From the NCBI RefSeq assembly GCF_009914755.1, contig NC_060938.1: DNA of 64,000 nucleotides; one strand, 5' to 3'. Below are positions 13,170-28,429 of the stretch, piece by piece. Made by a program: the position numbers and the translations under genes. The stretch is from the human T2T-CHM13v2.0 reference genome, Homo sapiens. Position 1 is the first letter of the stretch, and each line of letters starts with the position of its first letter. The notes beneath the pieces are model-generated. The model was not told the origin of the DNA, made no database searches, and saw only the letters and a list, made by a program, of their open reading frames with translations.

Positions 13170-13423
13170 TCAACCATTTCACAAATATTTATGGAAAGTT
13201 ACCAATTTTTCAGTTATTGTTTCAGCTTGTGGGACCATGAGCAAATTAAACAATAATCCAATCCTCAGGGAGCTTACATTCTAGAAGGAGAGATAGATGA
13301 TAAACAACTAATATGCTACACAGTATCAGCAATGATGAATGCTGGGAAAAAAAAACAAAATAGGATAAGGAGCTAGATAATGACTACAAAAGGGCTATTT
13401 TAGATGGAGTGGTGAAAAAAGGC
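13170..13423 (-). mobile_element. L2 3' region (continues at ~14536-14570 after an L1 insertion)
   Basis: ttcacaaatatttat...ggagcttacattctagaaggag...tattttagatggagtggtgaaaaaaggctt; resumes as ggcttcctgaagaaggtggcatttg. Confidence 0.7.
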
Positions 13424-14535
<1,112 letters not shown>

Positions 14536-16035
14536 GGCTTCCTGAAGAAGGTGGCATTTGTGCAGTGAGGCCAGTTTATACTTCAATTGATCTGTGGCTC
14601 CTTCTGGAATGACTCACTAAATCCTACAGCTCTTATTTGTTAGCTGATGTTCTTGAGCCCTGCTAATGGCCCCTGCACCCTGTAGTTTCAACTGAATAGT
14701 GAACATAAACCCTCTATCTTTGCAAGAGTCTATCAGACTGCTTACTAAAAAGGCTTTCTATTACTGAGAAACCCTATCAGGTTTGCCGCACTACAGGTGA
14801 ATTGAGAAAGCAACATTAGGTTCCATAATAATGATTAATATAAGATTATATGATGATTATGACAGTGATATATAATAAAAGTCACCCTTAAAATAAAGTT
14901 TTAAAATCTATGTGTACAATTTGTTCTTGTTTTAGTTATTTTAATGGGCCCTAAAGCTCTACATATTTTCTTGTTATTGTTTCTATAAAAGTAAATATTG
15001 ATTTCCTCAGAGTTTGTAACATGTTGGTTATTACAAAACAAAGTAGACCATTGCTCATTGCCTGTGATAGATGTAGTAGAAAATGTTAAAGTTGAGTCAT
15101 TTTAGTACAACCTTATTGCTTTTTAATAAATTTATCTTTCTTTACTGGTTCCTTTGAAAGTACCATTTAGATTGCAGGTATTCTTGTATAGGGTAATGAC
15201 AGTTTTGGCTGCAAGGATAAACTTCTGGGAGTCATCTAGATGTCAATTGTTCTCATATTTATGAATTTCCTCCAAAGACTTCAGTGAGGTAGTGAAGAAA
15301 ATCTTAGTTTACAAAGAGGTGAGAGGACAAAAGATAAATATATGGCAAACATGGTGACAATATTTTTGTCTTTTACCTCTCATAATGATGGTATTCAAAT
15401 TACATTTACTTGATTATTTATTACCTTGACTTTATTTTCTGAGCATGATGGTTGATTCCTCATATTGAATTTTAGTTTTACCTTTTTGCATGACTGTTTA
15501 TAATATTTAAATAAACTCAACTAATCAATAAAAGCTTTTTCCCTTTAATTATGGTGATTACTTTGAAGAATCAAGTTGTCTCTTTTATAGAAATAGTAAT
15601 ATTAAACCAAATTTGATTATCTATTCTTTGTTATTTTATAAAAGAATGTTTAGATAATACTAACTGCTCATTAAAGTTAATTCTACTATCTTTTTTGTTA
15701 ATAAATATCCCTTCTATTTATGGATCTTTAAGAAAATTAACTAGATCCTACTAATGCCAGTAATATAAGAACTTATTTTTTTTTTACAGTAAAAATTTGG
15801 CTTATATATCAGATAGAAAAGCAATCCTTAGGAGAATATTTTCTCACATAACTCTTTGGGCAAAAGGTAGCTGATGTTATAATTTATTAATGCCAATTTA
15901 ACAGTTACCTGGCTGAGAACTTTAGTGAGCACAATCTTTGTCAAGAAAACTGGAGCAGAAAAATCTAGAATCATCAGATTCCTGTTTATAAGCTGAATGA
16001 GCCTTTCACCGTGGATGTCTCCAGATTGCCCTTAG

Positions 16036-16408
<373 letters not shown>

Positions 16409-16644
16409 CAAAAACTACACTTTTTAAAAGCTTTACTGTAGATAAATAAGCAGAATTCTCCTGGAACAGAAGAATAAACAGCATATGAATTTTCAATAAG
16501 AATTTATCTTTTGAATCTGTGAAATGAGACTGGAAACACAGAAGGGAACATTCTACGGATGGCTGCCAGTTCAACTGGTAGTTAAAAGAACAACTCAGAA
16601 GAAGCTGAACCAACAATCTGAAATTGAAACAGAAATTATCAAGG

Positions 16645-17500
16645 AGTCATAGAGTAATAGGATCTTGACAACTCTGAGTTTAAAAAGATACCTTAAAGTC
16701 CATGAAATAACCAATTGCTTAATGCTTTAATTTTTATAACAAAATGCTAGCTAAGTTGGCTGTCCAGCCTATGATTGAACACATACAGCAAACAACTTGC
16801 TGCTACACTTCTCTTTTATATTTCTATTAAAAAGTCATTTTAATAAAATTAAATCTGTTGATATTCATCCTAGCTTTATCCTTGGCAGGTTAAATTGAAC
16901 CATTCTCATCACACAGAGCATATCAACAGCACACTGAAGAGAGAAATGAGCATTGTGGAGCCAAAGGAGGCTATTACACTCCTTTCATTGCAGAATTTAG
17001 AAACTATTTCTATTAATGTAGGTTTAGGATGACATTAACTTTTGTGGATGAACATCACACAGTTGACACAAAGTGAACTCAGGGGCAACTGTAACCTCAA
17101 ATCAGTTTTAACAATGTTGCTGCCAAGTCATGTATCTCAATACACTACTTTAGAATCTACTTCTTCCTCCTTTTGTTAATAAGTTTTTAGTTTATCCTCT
17201 GGATTTCTCAAAATCACATCACCTATGTAAATGTATTGAGTACATGCTTATAATTCGGTCCAAATCATTAACAAACATGTTTAAAAAAGAGATATAAAGA
17301 CCTAGACATTTGATACACCCATAGAAACTTACAGATTTATGTTAACTCTTAATCAGTGTCATCTGTACAGTCATTTACCCAGTTTGTAATCCAGTTAATT
17401 AGAGTAGCATTTAGCTATTCCTCCACTTTGGCAAGCAATGTGTCATTGACATGCTTTTCATATGTCAGTTGATATCCAGATCTCCTGCTGTTACATATGA
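16645..17500 (-). mobile_element. L3/CR1 fossil
   Basis: Degenerate reverse CR1 3' tail (gtcatagag...aaagataccttaaagtccat) and catcacacagttgacacaaagtgaactc...tgctgccaagtca, resembling L3 consensus. Confidence 0.5.
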
Positions 17501-17559
17501 CTTATCTTTGAAATTAATAATGCCATTAAAGAAAAAGAATTGTTCACTTTTTCTTTCTT

Positions 17560-17670
17560 TATCCCCCTCCTTCCACAATTCAGTCACTAAGTACAGCTGA
17601 TTTTCTTCTAAACATGTTTATTTAATCATTTCTCTTTTCATTCTCCTTGTTGTACCTTCATCCAAGCATA
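17560..17670 (+). mobile_element. L2 fragment
   Basis: aattcagtcactaagtacagctgattttcttctaaacat...catccaagc resembles the L2 core. Confidence 0.5.
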
Positions 17671-18089
17671 TTGCACCTCAATTTATTGCCTCTTACCATA
17701 GGTGGATCCGTGTTTAATGAAACTTGAAGCTGATACCATTTGAGGAATCCTATTTCAGAAAAATAATACAAAATTATGACGTAATTATGCATATTGAAAG
17801 AAGTCCATGCAGGGAAGGAGCTTAGGCTTAGCTTCACGGTAAAGCTGCCACTGTGCTTCACTGGTTGATCAGGTGTTTGGAGTAGAGTGGTAACAAGTCT
17901 GGCAAGGCTCCTGTTCCCATGGCACTTGAGTTCTAACCATAAGAAATAATTCTACCACCTTAAGGCTAGCACTGGGTCATGGTCCATGATGCTGATTTAA
18001 TATGAGCATAACATTGGCACAAATATGGGAAGTTAGACATTAAAACAAACTGGTTGACAACTCATTTTCTTCCTTTCTTCCTTCTTTTT

Positions 18090-18910
18090 CTGTTTTATTT
18101 ATTTAATAAACACATAATAATTGTACATATTTATGGGGTACAGTGTGATGTTTCCATATACAAATACATTGTATAATGATCAAATCAGGAGAGTTAGCAT
18201 ATCCACTACTTCAAATATTTACCATTTCTTTGTGGTGATAGAATTCAAAATCCTCTCCTAGCTATTTGGAAATATACAATAAATTATTGCTAACTATAGC
18301 CATCCTACTGTACAATAGAACACCAGGACTTACTCCTCCATCTACCCATAACTTTGTACCAATTGGTGAACCACTCCGTATCCCACACACTTACTCTCCT
18401 CAGCTTCTGGTCACTACCACTGTACTCTCTGCTTCTGAGATCAACTTTTAAAAATTGCACATATGAGTGAAATTATGCAGTATTTGTCCTTCTGTGCTTA
18501 GTTTATTTCAGTTAACATAGTGACCCCCAGCTCAATTCATGTTGCTGCAAATGGCAGGATTTCATTCTTTTCCATGACTAAATAGTATTTCATTGTATAC
18601 ATATGTACCATATTTTTAATCCATTCATCCATTGATGTACACCTAGGTCGATTCCATGTTTTGACTATTGTGAATAGTGCTGTAATAAACATGGGAATGC
18701 AGGCATCTCTTTGCCATGCTTATTTCATTTCCTTTGGCTCTATACCAAGTAGTGGGATTGCTGGATCATATGGTAGTTCTATTTTTTATTTTTTGAGGAA
18801 TGTCAATACTGTTGTCCATAATGGCTGTACTAATTTACATTCCCACCAACTGTGTCTGTGTTCCTTTCTCAACATTTTTGCCAGCATTTGTTATTTTTTG
18901 TCTTTTTAAA
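18090..18910 (-). mobile_element. L1MA (MA5-7-like) 3' end
   Basis: ataattgtacatatttatggggtacagtgtgatgttt...aatgatcaaatcagg; ORF2-end motifs gggattgctggatcatatggtagttct. Confidence 0.85.
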
Positions 18911-19599
18911 AATTGATACATGTCATTTATAATAGTCCTCTTTTTCTCTCCTTCTTCTTCTTATTATCTATTTTAGACTCAGATGCAGATTCCTCTTCCT
19001 CCCAACCCACACTCTATTCAGATCTGTTCTTCCCAACGTGACCTTGACTTTCATCTTAATGTTTTAATTTGAAGCATCTGCCCCGGGAAAGCTATTTTCT
19101 AAATTTCTGGTTCCCAGTCTGCTGACTTCCTAGTTCCTCCGTCTCAAGGACACCAGAACATAGGATGAGTAGGCAGGTAAAATGTTCAGTTGTAAAAAGC
19201 AGGGACTGGAAATTCATGCTTTGTGTTCTTTACCATGGACTTGTTCCTTGCTGTGAATGTCAGGAGAGTCTGTGGGACCATATTTGTAGTTTTGCTCTTT
19301 TATAAAATCCAATATGTATTATGATCATAAGTATATGAACATTCATTTATCACCTTAAATTATATGTATAGGAGAACCTTGACATTGCTGTCTACCAAGC
19401 TCTTTCTGAATGTCTACTTTTATATTGTGAAATTTACATCCTGAAAAACACTATTGTATGATCTTTTAAAATGTAAACCAGTGAAAATGAACTGCCTGCA
19501 TTAGGAATAACAGGAAAGCTTTTTAAAGAGCAGATTTCCAAATTTTGTCTCACCACATGTATACAGAACAACAAATGCCTTCATGGAAAATGACAAAGT

Positions 19600-19790
19600 C
19601 AGTGGTTCACAACTTCTAGCAAGCACCAGAATCACCAAAAGGGCTGGCTACAATGCAGACGGTGGGGCCCCAACCCAGTAGTTTCTGATTAAGTCAGTTT
19701 GGAGTGACCCCCAAGAGTTTGCATTTGTAACAAGTTCCCAAGTGGTACTGATGCTACCAGCTCATGGGCTACCCTTTGAGAAGCCCATTG
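19600..19790 (-). mobile_element. MER5A (hAT-Charlie MITE)
   Basis: cagtggttcacaa...cagaatcacc...tttctgattaagt...ttgcatttgtaacaagttcccaagtg...ctttgagaagcccattg; about 190 bp with terminal inverted repeats. Confidence 0.85.
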
Positions 19791-20224
19791 GACTAGGACT
19801 TCCCAAAGCCCAGTGTCATGTACAGAGGCATACTTTTACCACAGGTTCACTGTGAATACTATTTAAATCAATGCCTCAGCAAAATTACAAACTACCACAT
19901 GTCACAGATTTAACAATCACTTGTAAGTGGTCAACTTTAAATCCATAAATGCCAACAGTCTACTGAACTTGATCTGCCTTTTTCACAGTTGAGTACTAAA
20001 TTGAAGCTTAACCTTTTTTTTTTTTTTCTAAAAAGGGACACACATCTTTTATTCAAGTAGCTGGACAATACTGTAATTGAGATTGAAAATCCAATGGCAA
20101 TGTCCAAATGCAAAGATCAAGCTTTTATTTAAATTTCTAGCTGAATAACTGTTTCTATGTATTAGCACTAAAATAGTCATTTGTTTTAAATCTGTGACAG
20201 TGTGGCAAGAATCGTATAGTAGCA

Positions 20225-20510
20225 ACTTTTGCTAGATTGTTTGCTTTAAGAAACACTTCCAAATTTTCACTGGCTTACAACAATAAGATGTATGTCTTAT
20301 CCATGTTATAAGTAGCCTGTAGATAGCTCCTGTTCTGCTCTCTCTTCTCATTCTGGGACCCAGGTGACAAGCCATTGTCATGGTAGAGGAAGGGAGAAAT
20401 GGCTGAAGCTTACTATGGCTCTTATGCTTCTGCCTTGACATGGTGTATGGCATTTCTGCTTACAGTCCATTGTGCAAATAGTTACGTGGCTCAGCCAGAT
20501 GTCAGTGTAT
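20225..20510 (-). mobile_element. Old MaLR LTR (MLT1K/L-like)
   Basis: cactggcttacaacaataag...ctgggacccagg...gcttctgcc...catttctgcttacagtccattg...acgtggctcagccagatgtcagtg. Confidence 0.65.
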
Positions 20511-20689
20511 CACATGATCACATGTGTTGCTGTGTAATCCTATAGGTTGGGCATCAAATAATTAGACATAAAAGTACAATATTACATACTAGAAACTAGA
20601 CTTTATATTTAGCTCTACATAGTCCAGAGAGTATGCTCAGAAGTTGCAGTGACTAATAGAAGACTTCAGAATAAAGAATGGGTTATTTC

Positions 20690-20984
20690 TTTTCTAAAAA
20701 ATAAATCTTGTGTATATTTGAGGTTTACAACATGATGTCATGGGATACATATAGTAGTAAAATGGTTATTAAAGTGAAGCGGATTAATAAATTTATTATC
20801 TCAGTTACTTTTTTGTGTGCAAAAGCAGCTAAAATATTATTTTAAAAAAATCCCTATTACAAAAAAATTTTATTAACTTTAGTCCTCATGTTGCACAGTA
20901 GATCTCTAAACTTGTTCATCCTGTGTATCTCCTATTTTATGCCATTTTTTTCTCTCCCTGCACCCCCACCTATGGTAAACAGTT
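20690..20984 (-). mobile_element. L1MA (MA8/9-like) 3' end, left part
   Basis: gtatatttgaggtttacaacatgatg...ttattaactttagtcctcatgttg...agatctctaaacttgttcatcct; interrupted by a MaLR provirus. Confidence 0.8.
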
Positions 20985-23420
20985 TGTATTAGTCTGCTCT
21001 CACAGTGCTATAAAGAATACCCAAGGCAGGGTAATTTATAAAGAAAAGAGGTTTAATTGGCTCATGGCTCCTCAGGCTTCACAGGAACCATAGTAGTTTC
21101 TGCTTTTGGGGAGGTCTTAGAAATTTTCCAATCATAACAGAAGGCAAAGGGGGAGCCAGCACTTCACATGGCCAGAGCAGGAGGAAGGTGAGGGAAGGTG
21201 CCACATACTTTTAAACAACCCAATCTCATCAGATTCACTATTATGAAAATAGCACCAAGGGGGAAATCCACCTCCATGATTCAATTGGCTTCCATTGGGC
21301 CCCACCCCCAACATTGGGATTACAATTCAACATGAGATTTGGATGGGGACACATATCCAAACTCATTCCAGGCCTGGCCCCTCCAAATCTCATGTCCTTC
21401 TCACATTGCAAAACACAATCATGCCTTTCCAATAGTCCCCCCAAATCTTGACTCATTCCAGCATTAACTCAAAAGTTCAAAGTCCAAAGTGTCATCTGAG
21501 ACAAGGCAAGTCCCTTCTGTCTATGAGCCTATAAAATCAAAAACAAGTGAGTTACTTCCAAGATACAATGGGGCATAGGCATTGGGTAAATACTCCCATT
21601 CCAAAAGAAAGAAATTGGCCAAAAGAAAGGGGCTACAGGCCCCATGCAAGTCTGAAACTCAGCAGGGAAGTCATTAAATTGTAAAGCTCCAAAATAATTT
21701 TCCTTGATTCCATGTCTCACATCCAGGGCACACTGGTGTCAGGGGTGAGCTCCCAAGGCCTTGGGCAGTTCCACTCCTGTAGCTTTGCAGGGTTCAGTCC
21801 CTACAGCTGCTCTCATTGGCTGGTATTGAGTGTCTGCAGCTTTTCCAGGTGCACAGTTCAAGCTGCTGGTGATCTAAAATTCCAGGATCTGGAGGATGGT
21901 GGCCCTCTTCTAACAACCCCACTAGACAATGCCCCAGTGGGGACTCTGTGTGTGGGCTCCAATCCCACATTTCCCCACTGCACTGCCCTAGTACAGGTTC
22001 TCCATGAGGGCTCCACTCCTGCAGCAGAATTCTGCCTGGCCATCCAGGCTTTTCCATACATCTTCTGAAATCTAGGAGGAAGTTCTCAAGCCAGCCTCAA
22101 CTTTTGCATTCTGTGCACCTGCTGGCTTAACACCACACGGAAGCCACCAAGGCTTATGATTTGCATCCTCTCAAGCAGTGGCCCAAGCTGTACCTGTACC
22201 CAAGCTGGGCCCCTTTTAGCCACAGCTAGAACTGGAGCGGCTGGGATGGGAGAGAAGTGTCCTGAGGCTGCACAGGGCAGAAGGGTGCTGGGTCTGGCCC
22301 GCAAAACCATTCTTCCCTCCTACTTCTCCAGGCCTGTGTTGGGAGGGGCTGTAGCAAAGGTCTCTGAAATGCCTTCAAGGCCTTTTTCTCCATTGTCTTG
22401 GCTATCAGCACTTATTTTCCTTTTAGTTATGCAAATTTCTGCAGGCTGCTTAAATTGCTCCCCTGAAAATAGGACACTTTTCTATTTTTCTTTTCTACCA
22501 CATGGCTAGGCTACAAATTTTCCAAACTTTTATGCTGTGGTTCCCTTTTAAATTAGAATTTCCAATTACAGGTCTTTTCTTTGCTCACTCACATAAGCAT
22601 AGGTTGTTAGAAGTAGCCATGTTACAACTTGAATGCTTTGCTGCTCAGAAATTCCTTTCACCAGATACCCTAAAACATCACTCTGTAAGTTCAAATTTCC
22701 ACAGATCCCTATAGCAGGGGTACAGTGCAGCCAGGCTCTTTGCTAAAGCATAACAAATGTGATTTTTGTTCCAGTTCCAATAACTTCCTTATCTCCATCT
22801 GAGACCTCATCAGCCTGGGCATCTCTGTCCATATCACTGTCAGCATTTCAGTTACAACCATTCAACAAGTCTCTAGGAAGTTCCAGATTTTCCCTTATCT
22901 TCTTGTCTTCTTCTGAGTCCTCCTAACTCTTCCAACCTCTGCACATTACACAGTTCCAAAGTTGCTTCCACATTTTCAGGTATCTTTATAGGAATGCACA
23001 ACTCTCAGTACCAATTTTATGTATTAGTCCATTCTTGCACTACTATAAAAAAAATCTGGGACAGGATAATTTATAAAGAAAAGAAGCTTTATTGGCTCAT
23101 GATTCCAGATTCCACAGGCTGTACAGAAAGCATAGCATAGCTTCTACTTTTGGGGAGGCCTCAGGAACATGGCTTCCAATCATGGGGCAGACAAAAGGGG
23201 AGCCAGCGCTTCACATGGTGGAGCAGGAGTAAGAGGCAGGGAGGTGCCACACACTTTTAAATGCCCAGATCTTGCGAGAACTTACTTACTATCATGAGAA
23301 CAGGACCAAGGGGGTATTCCTCCTCCATGATCCAATCACCTCCCACCAGGCCCCACCTCCAACATTGGGGATTACAATTCAACAAGAGATTTTGTTGGTG
23401 ACACAGATCCAAACATGTCA
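20985..23420 (-). mobile_element. Full-length MSTA-like MaLR provirus (LTR 20985-~21365, internal, LTR 23020-23420)
   Basis: Two tgtattagtc-starting LTRs around MST/THE1-type internal sequence; perfect 5-bp TSD cagtt at 20980-20984 and 23421-23425. Confidence 0.92.
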
Positions 23421-23970
23421 CAGTTTCATTTGCTATCTCTGTGTATTTGAGCACTTTTAAAAATATATATGTTCTGCACATAAGTGAGATCATGTAATAT
23501 ATTTTTTCTGTGTCTGGATTATTTTACTTAGCCTAATGTCTTCCAAGTCCAGCCATGTTGTGGCATATGGCAGTATCTCCTCCTTTTTTTAAGGTTGAAT
23601 ACAATTCTATTGTATATGCCATATTTTCTTTATCCATTCATCTATCAATGGACATTTAGGTTATTTCCAGATCTTGGCTATTGTGAATAATGCTGTAATA
23701 AACATGGGAATATAGGTATATTTACAAGGCAGTGATTTCATCTCCTCTGGATATATACCCAGAAGATGGATTGCTGGGTTGTATGGTAGTTATATTTTTA
23801 ATTTCTTCAGGAATCTACATACTATTTTCCATAGTGGCTGCACCAATCAACATTCACCACAACAGTGTACTGGGGTTCCTTTTCTTCATACCCTTGCCAA
23901 CTTGTGTTATCTCTTGTCTTTTTGCTAACAGCCATCTTTATGGGTGTGACGTGCTATATCACAGTGATTT
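23421..23970 (-). mobile_element. L1MA continuation after the MaLR
   Basis: cacataagtgagatcatg...tttatccattcatctatcaatggacatttagg...atatacccagaagatggattgctggg. Confidence 0.82.
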
Positions 23971-24586
23971 TAAGAACAGCTATTTCTTATCTACACACTA
24001 TTAGAAAAAAAATACAAGGCCAAGTGATCAACAAACTGAAAAGGAAAGAGCATTACTATAGTTCTGGGCAGTCCATTCCTGAAAATAGAAAGTATTAGCC
24101 AAGTTCTTTGCTTTTCCATCTGTAATGCAGAATTAGAAAACATCCCATAACCCTTTAGGGATATTAAGGATAATATGAGGATTTATTATTTTTCAGAGAG
24201 GCTAAGTAATTTCCCTCAAGATATTTTCAAGGTTCTGTGTTGACCCTGGGAAAAAAATTGCTCAAAAGTCTAAATGTATTTTTAGTTGTTATTAATGCCA
24301 TGACATTGTACTTGCTCTGGATAGAATACATGAAAACTTAATTTCTGGCCTTGTTAAAATAAATTTAAATTGCTTTAAAACTTTTTTTTTTTTTTACTTT
24401 GATAGATTGTGTACTCTCTACTGTTATGTGAATAGGGCCAAGGGCACTTGGTAATAAAATTAACTTTGATCTCCTTTCTAAACTTAATAGAATTATGTTA
24501 CATATTTGTTTATATATAATTAATGCTTGGAATAACACATTTTACTCCTCTGGCATAGTTTTCTACTCACCTATTTTCTACACATA

Positions 24587-25703
24587 CAGTCATGCATTGC
24601 TTAAATATGGGGTTAGGCAAGTTCAATTTTGTCACTGTGCAAAGATCACAGAGTATACATACACAAACCTAGATGGTATAGCCTACTACATACCTGGGCT
24701 ACAAACCTGCACAGTATATTACTATACTGAACACTTTAGTCAATTTAATACAATACTATTTGTGTATCTAAACATTTCTAAACATAGAAAAGGTACAGTA
24801 AAAATATGACATAAAAAATAGAAAACGATACACCTCTACGGGGCAGTTACCGTGAATGGAGCTTGCAGGACTGGAAGTTATTCTGAGTGAGTGAAGAGTA
24901 AATGTGAAGACCTAGGACAGTACTGTACACTACTGTAGACTTCATAAACACTGTAAATTTAGGCTACACTAAATTTATACAAGAATATTTTTATTTCTTC
25001 AAAAATAAATTAACCTTAGTTTACTGGAACTTATTTTCTTTTAAAAATCTTTAATTTTTTACAACTTGTTGACTCTTTTGTAATAACACATCTTAAAACC
25101 AAACACACTGTACAGCTGTACAAAAATATTTTCTTTCTTTATATCTTTATTAGCTTTTTTCTAATTTTCTTTTTCTTTTTTTTTAAAAAAACTTGTTTGT
25201 TGAAAACTAAGACACACAGACATTAGCCTATACCTACACAGGGTCAGGATCATCAATATCACTGTTGGTCACCTCCATATTTTGTCCCACTTGAAGGTCT
25301 TCAGGGGTAATAACATGAAGGAAGCTCTCATCTCCTATGATAACAGTGCCTTCGCCTGCAATGTCTCCTAAAGGACCTGCCTGAGGCTGTTTTACAGTTA
25401 ATGTTTTTATATATAGAAGTAGGTTACACTCTAAAATAATGATAAAATATACAGTACAGTAAACACATAAATTAGTGATAGTCATTATTATAAAGTATTA
25501 TGTCCTATACCTAATTATATATGCTATATTTTTATATGACTGGCAGTGCAGTATGTTTGTTTATACCAGCATCACCAGAAACTGGTGAGTAATGCATTAT
25601 AACTACAGCATTATGATGGCTAAGACATCACTAGGCAATAAGAATTCTTCAGCTCTGTTACAACCCATCATTGACTGAAACATCCTTAGGTGGCTCATAA
25701 CTG
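24587..25703 (-). mobile_element. Tigger3b-like TcMar DNA transposon
   Basis: TA|cagtcatgc ... cataactg|TA termini with TA target duplication; internal acaaacctagatggtatagcctactac and ctaaacatagaaaaggtacagtaaaaata. Confidence 0.88.
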
Positions 25704-25749
25704 TACTTAAAAAAATTTACTTACTGAAATTTTTGTTGCTAATGGAAGA

Positions 25750-26925
25750 AATTCTTTTTCTTTTCCAGTTTTAATGAGGTAAAATTGACAAATAGGAATT
25801 GTATATATTTAAGGCATGCAACTTGATGTTTTCATATATGTATATGTTGTGAAATAATCATCAAAATTAAGCTAATTAACAGGTGTATCATATCTCATAA
25901 TTACCATTTTCTTGTGTAGGGGGTTGGAGGGGTGCATGGGACACTTAAGATACACCCTCAGCAAATTTCAAGTAAATACTGGTATTTTTTGCCAATCATC
26001 ACTGGTCATCAGAGAAATGCAAATCAAAACCACAATGAGATACCATCTTACACCAGTTAGAATGCCGGTCATTAAAAAGTCAGGAAACAACAGGTGCTGG
26101 AGAGAATGTGGAGAAATAGGAACACTTTTACACTGTTGGTGGGAGTGTAAACTAGTTCAACCATTGTGGAAGACAGTGTGGTGATTCCTCAAGGATCTAG
26201 AACTAGAACTACCATTTGACCCAGCAATCCCATTACTGGGTATATACCCAAAGGATTATAAATCATGCTACTGTAAAGACGCATGCACACGTATGTTTAT
26301 TGCAGCACTATTCACAATAGCAAAGACTTGGAACCAACCCAAATGTCCGTCAATGATAGACTGGATTAAGAAAATGTGGCACATATACACCATGGAATAC
26401 TATGCAGCCATAAAAAAGGATGAGTTCATGTCCTTTGTAGCGACATGGATGAAGCTGGAAACCATGATTCTGAGCAAACTATCACAAGAACAGAAAACCA
26501 AACACCGCATGTTCTCACTCATAGGTGGGAATTGAACAATGAGAACACTTGGACACAGGGTGGGGAACATCACACATGGGGGCCTGTCCTGGGGTGCGGG
26601 GATGGGGGAGGGATAGCATTAGGAGAAATACCTAATGTAAATGATGAGTTAATGGGTGCAGCAAACCAACATGGCACATATATACATATGTAACAAACCT
26701 GCATGTTGTGCACATGTACCCTAGAACTTAAAGTATAATAATAAAAAAAAAACACTGGTATTTTTAACTATCATCACCGTGCTGTATATTAGATCTCCAG
26801 AACTCATTCATCTTTCCTAATTGAATCTTTCTTTGTTCCCTTTGATGAACATCTCTCTATTTCTAACCTCCACCCCTCCCAGTGTCCCTGGCAACAACTT
26901 TACTCTCTACTTCTTTGAGTTTGAG
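25750..26925 (-). mobile_element. L1MA9-like 3' end (split by a younger L1PA)
   Basis: gaggtaaaattgacaaataggaattgtatatatttaagg...aagctaattaaca...cagcaaatttcaag; resumes as ttaactatcatcaccgtgctgtatattagatctccagaact. Confidence 0.78.
25996..26749 (+). mobile_element. 5'-truncated young L1PA (L1PA4-6-like)
   Basis: ORF2 C-terminus ([29 protein letters not shown]; MFIAALFTIAKTWNQPKCP), G-rich 3'UTR and poly(A); 16-bp TSD aaa(t/c)actggtattttt at 25974-25989 and 26750-26765. Confidence 0.95.
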
Positions 26926-27544
26926 TATGGACTGCAAGGAAAAAATTCTAATTGCTCTTTTACAATAGGCAGCAGCTGAGCTATCAAGACTGTAGCTACT
27001 TTTATACCAATTCGCTCAGGGATGTCTGTTGTGATGTAAGTGGCTTCCTGGACCCTTCACTGGTGGCTTGCTGTTAAGATAGTGCAGAGAACTATGTTAT
27101 TGAATTTTTTAACTTTTATTTTATTCTCTGGCAATTCCCAAGTACCAAGAGCTATGATGTAAAAGGTGCTATCTGTTTACCAGCTGCCACAATAAACAGG
27201 ACAACTTTTAATTTCCATGACTACTGAAATCCAACAATAATAGTGGGCTGCCTCGATAAATCCAAGTGACAGTTCAGAATACCTGGGGCCTGGGGTCTGA
27301 GACAAGAATCATGGCAACACTTGATGTGATTGAACAGCGAGAAATAAACCATTCCTTTGAGGGGTGCAATGTCTAATTAGTAGCAGAGAATATTAATACA
27401 ACATGGCTGTGGTTAAGGGACCTGTATGTACATTTTCCTTTAGTCTTAAATTATGTTTTTAGCACCTTATTATTAATATATGATACCTATACCTTCAAAG
27501 CCTTAGTATTATCTCATTCTCTCCTCGCAGTCTTTCTGGTCATA

Positions 27545-27675
27545 TTCACTTTGCAGATAAGGAAATTACATTTCAGATAATTTAAGCAACTTTTCCAAAT
27601 CACGCATCTAGTTAATGAAAAAATTACAACTTGAACGCAGGTCCTCCATTTCATATTCTGACACCCTTAACACTA
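27545..27675 (-). mobile_element. MIR core
   Basis: tttgcagataaggaaatt...ttaagcaacttttccaaatcac...ttgaacgcaggtc. Confidence 0.7.
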
Positions 27676-28149
27676 ATGATGGCTGCTTATTACTGATTTT
27701 TGTAAAAAATAATCAAACTGGCCTTGCAGTCAGTTCAGTTCCCTCATTAAAATTGCTGACAGCATTGGATTGCTTATTCTTAATTTCATGTTCATAATTA
27801 CATAAAATGATCTTGATGTCTATTACACCTATTTATTAGAAGCATTTAATAATAGTCAAATCTTCCTTCTAGACATAGGACCTACTTACCAGGGCAGGAC
27901 TGGTAAATTTCCAGATTTATAGAAAGTGTTTTTTACATGAAACTTCAGGCTTGAGTTTGCCAGAAGATTCTACCAGATATCTGAACCATCCACAACTAAG
28001 ACATCACATTTGAGCACAGATGATATATCTATTGTCACATCTCTCCCCTGTGCCCCTCAAAGTTACCTGAATCAATGAGAAGTCAGTTGGGATAAGCAAA
28101 AATATACATTTTAGAGAAGACAGGAATTGCTGACATTTTAGTCTATTAC

Positions 28150-28420
28150 TTTCTCTAGGTTGCCTTGATACATATGAATGATACCATGAGAAATACAGTA
28201 CTTGGTCTTTGCTGCAGAGAACATACAGTCTATATGGGGAGATAGGACATACACATCAAATAAGATAACTAACAATGTATATTAATTAATTATTTCACCA
28301 TGTATTCAACAAATATTTATTGAACACCAAACTTGTGCCAGGTATTATGCTAAACGAACAAAATAGAGAGGTTGTAGTACAGACATTAAAGCAACATGAA
28401 CACCACAACAAAATACAAAA
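28150..28420 (-). mobile_element. L2 3' fragments
   Basis: attcaacaaatatttattgaacacc...tgtgccaggtattatgctaa (reverse L2 tail). Confidence 0.65.
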
Positions 28421-28429
28421 TTTAAGTGT

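Noticed and set aside
21529-22714. ORF cluster similar to ORFs at 55845-57009 (e.g. MYGKAWMARQ / MYGNAWMPRQ)
   Set aside because: The similarity reflects homologous MaLR internal regions (MST-int and THE1-int) in opposite orientation, not a gene pair.
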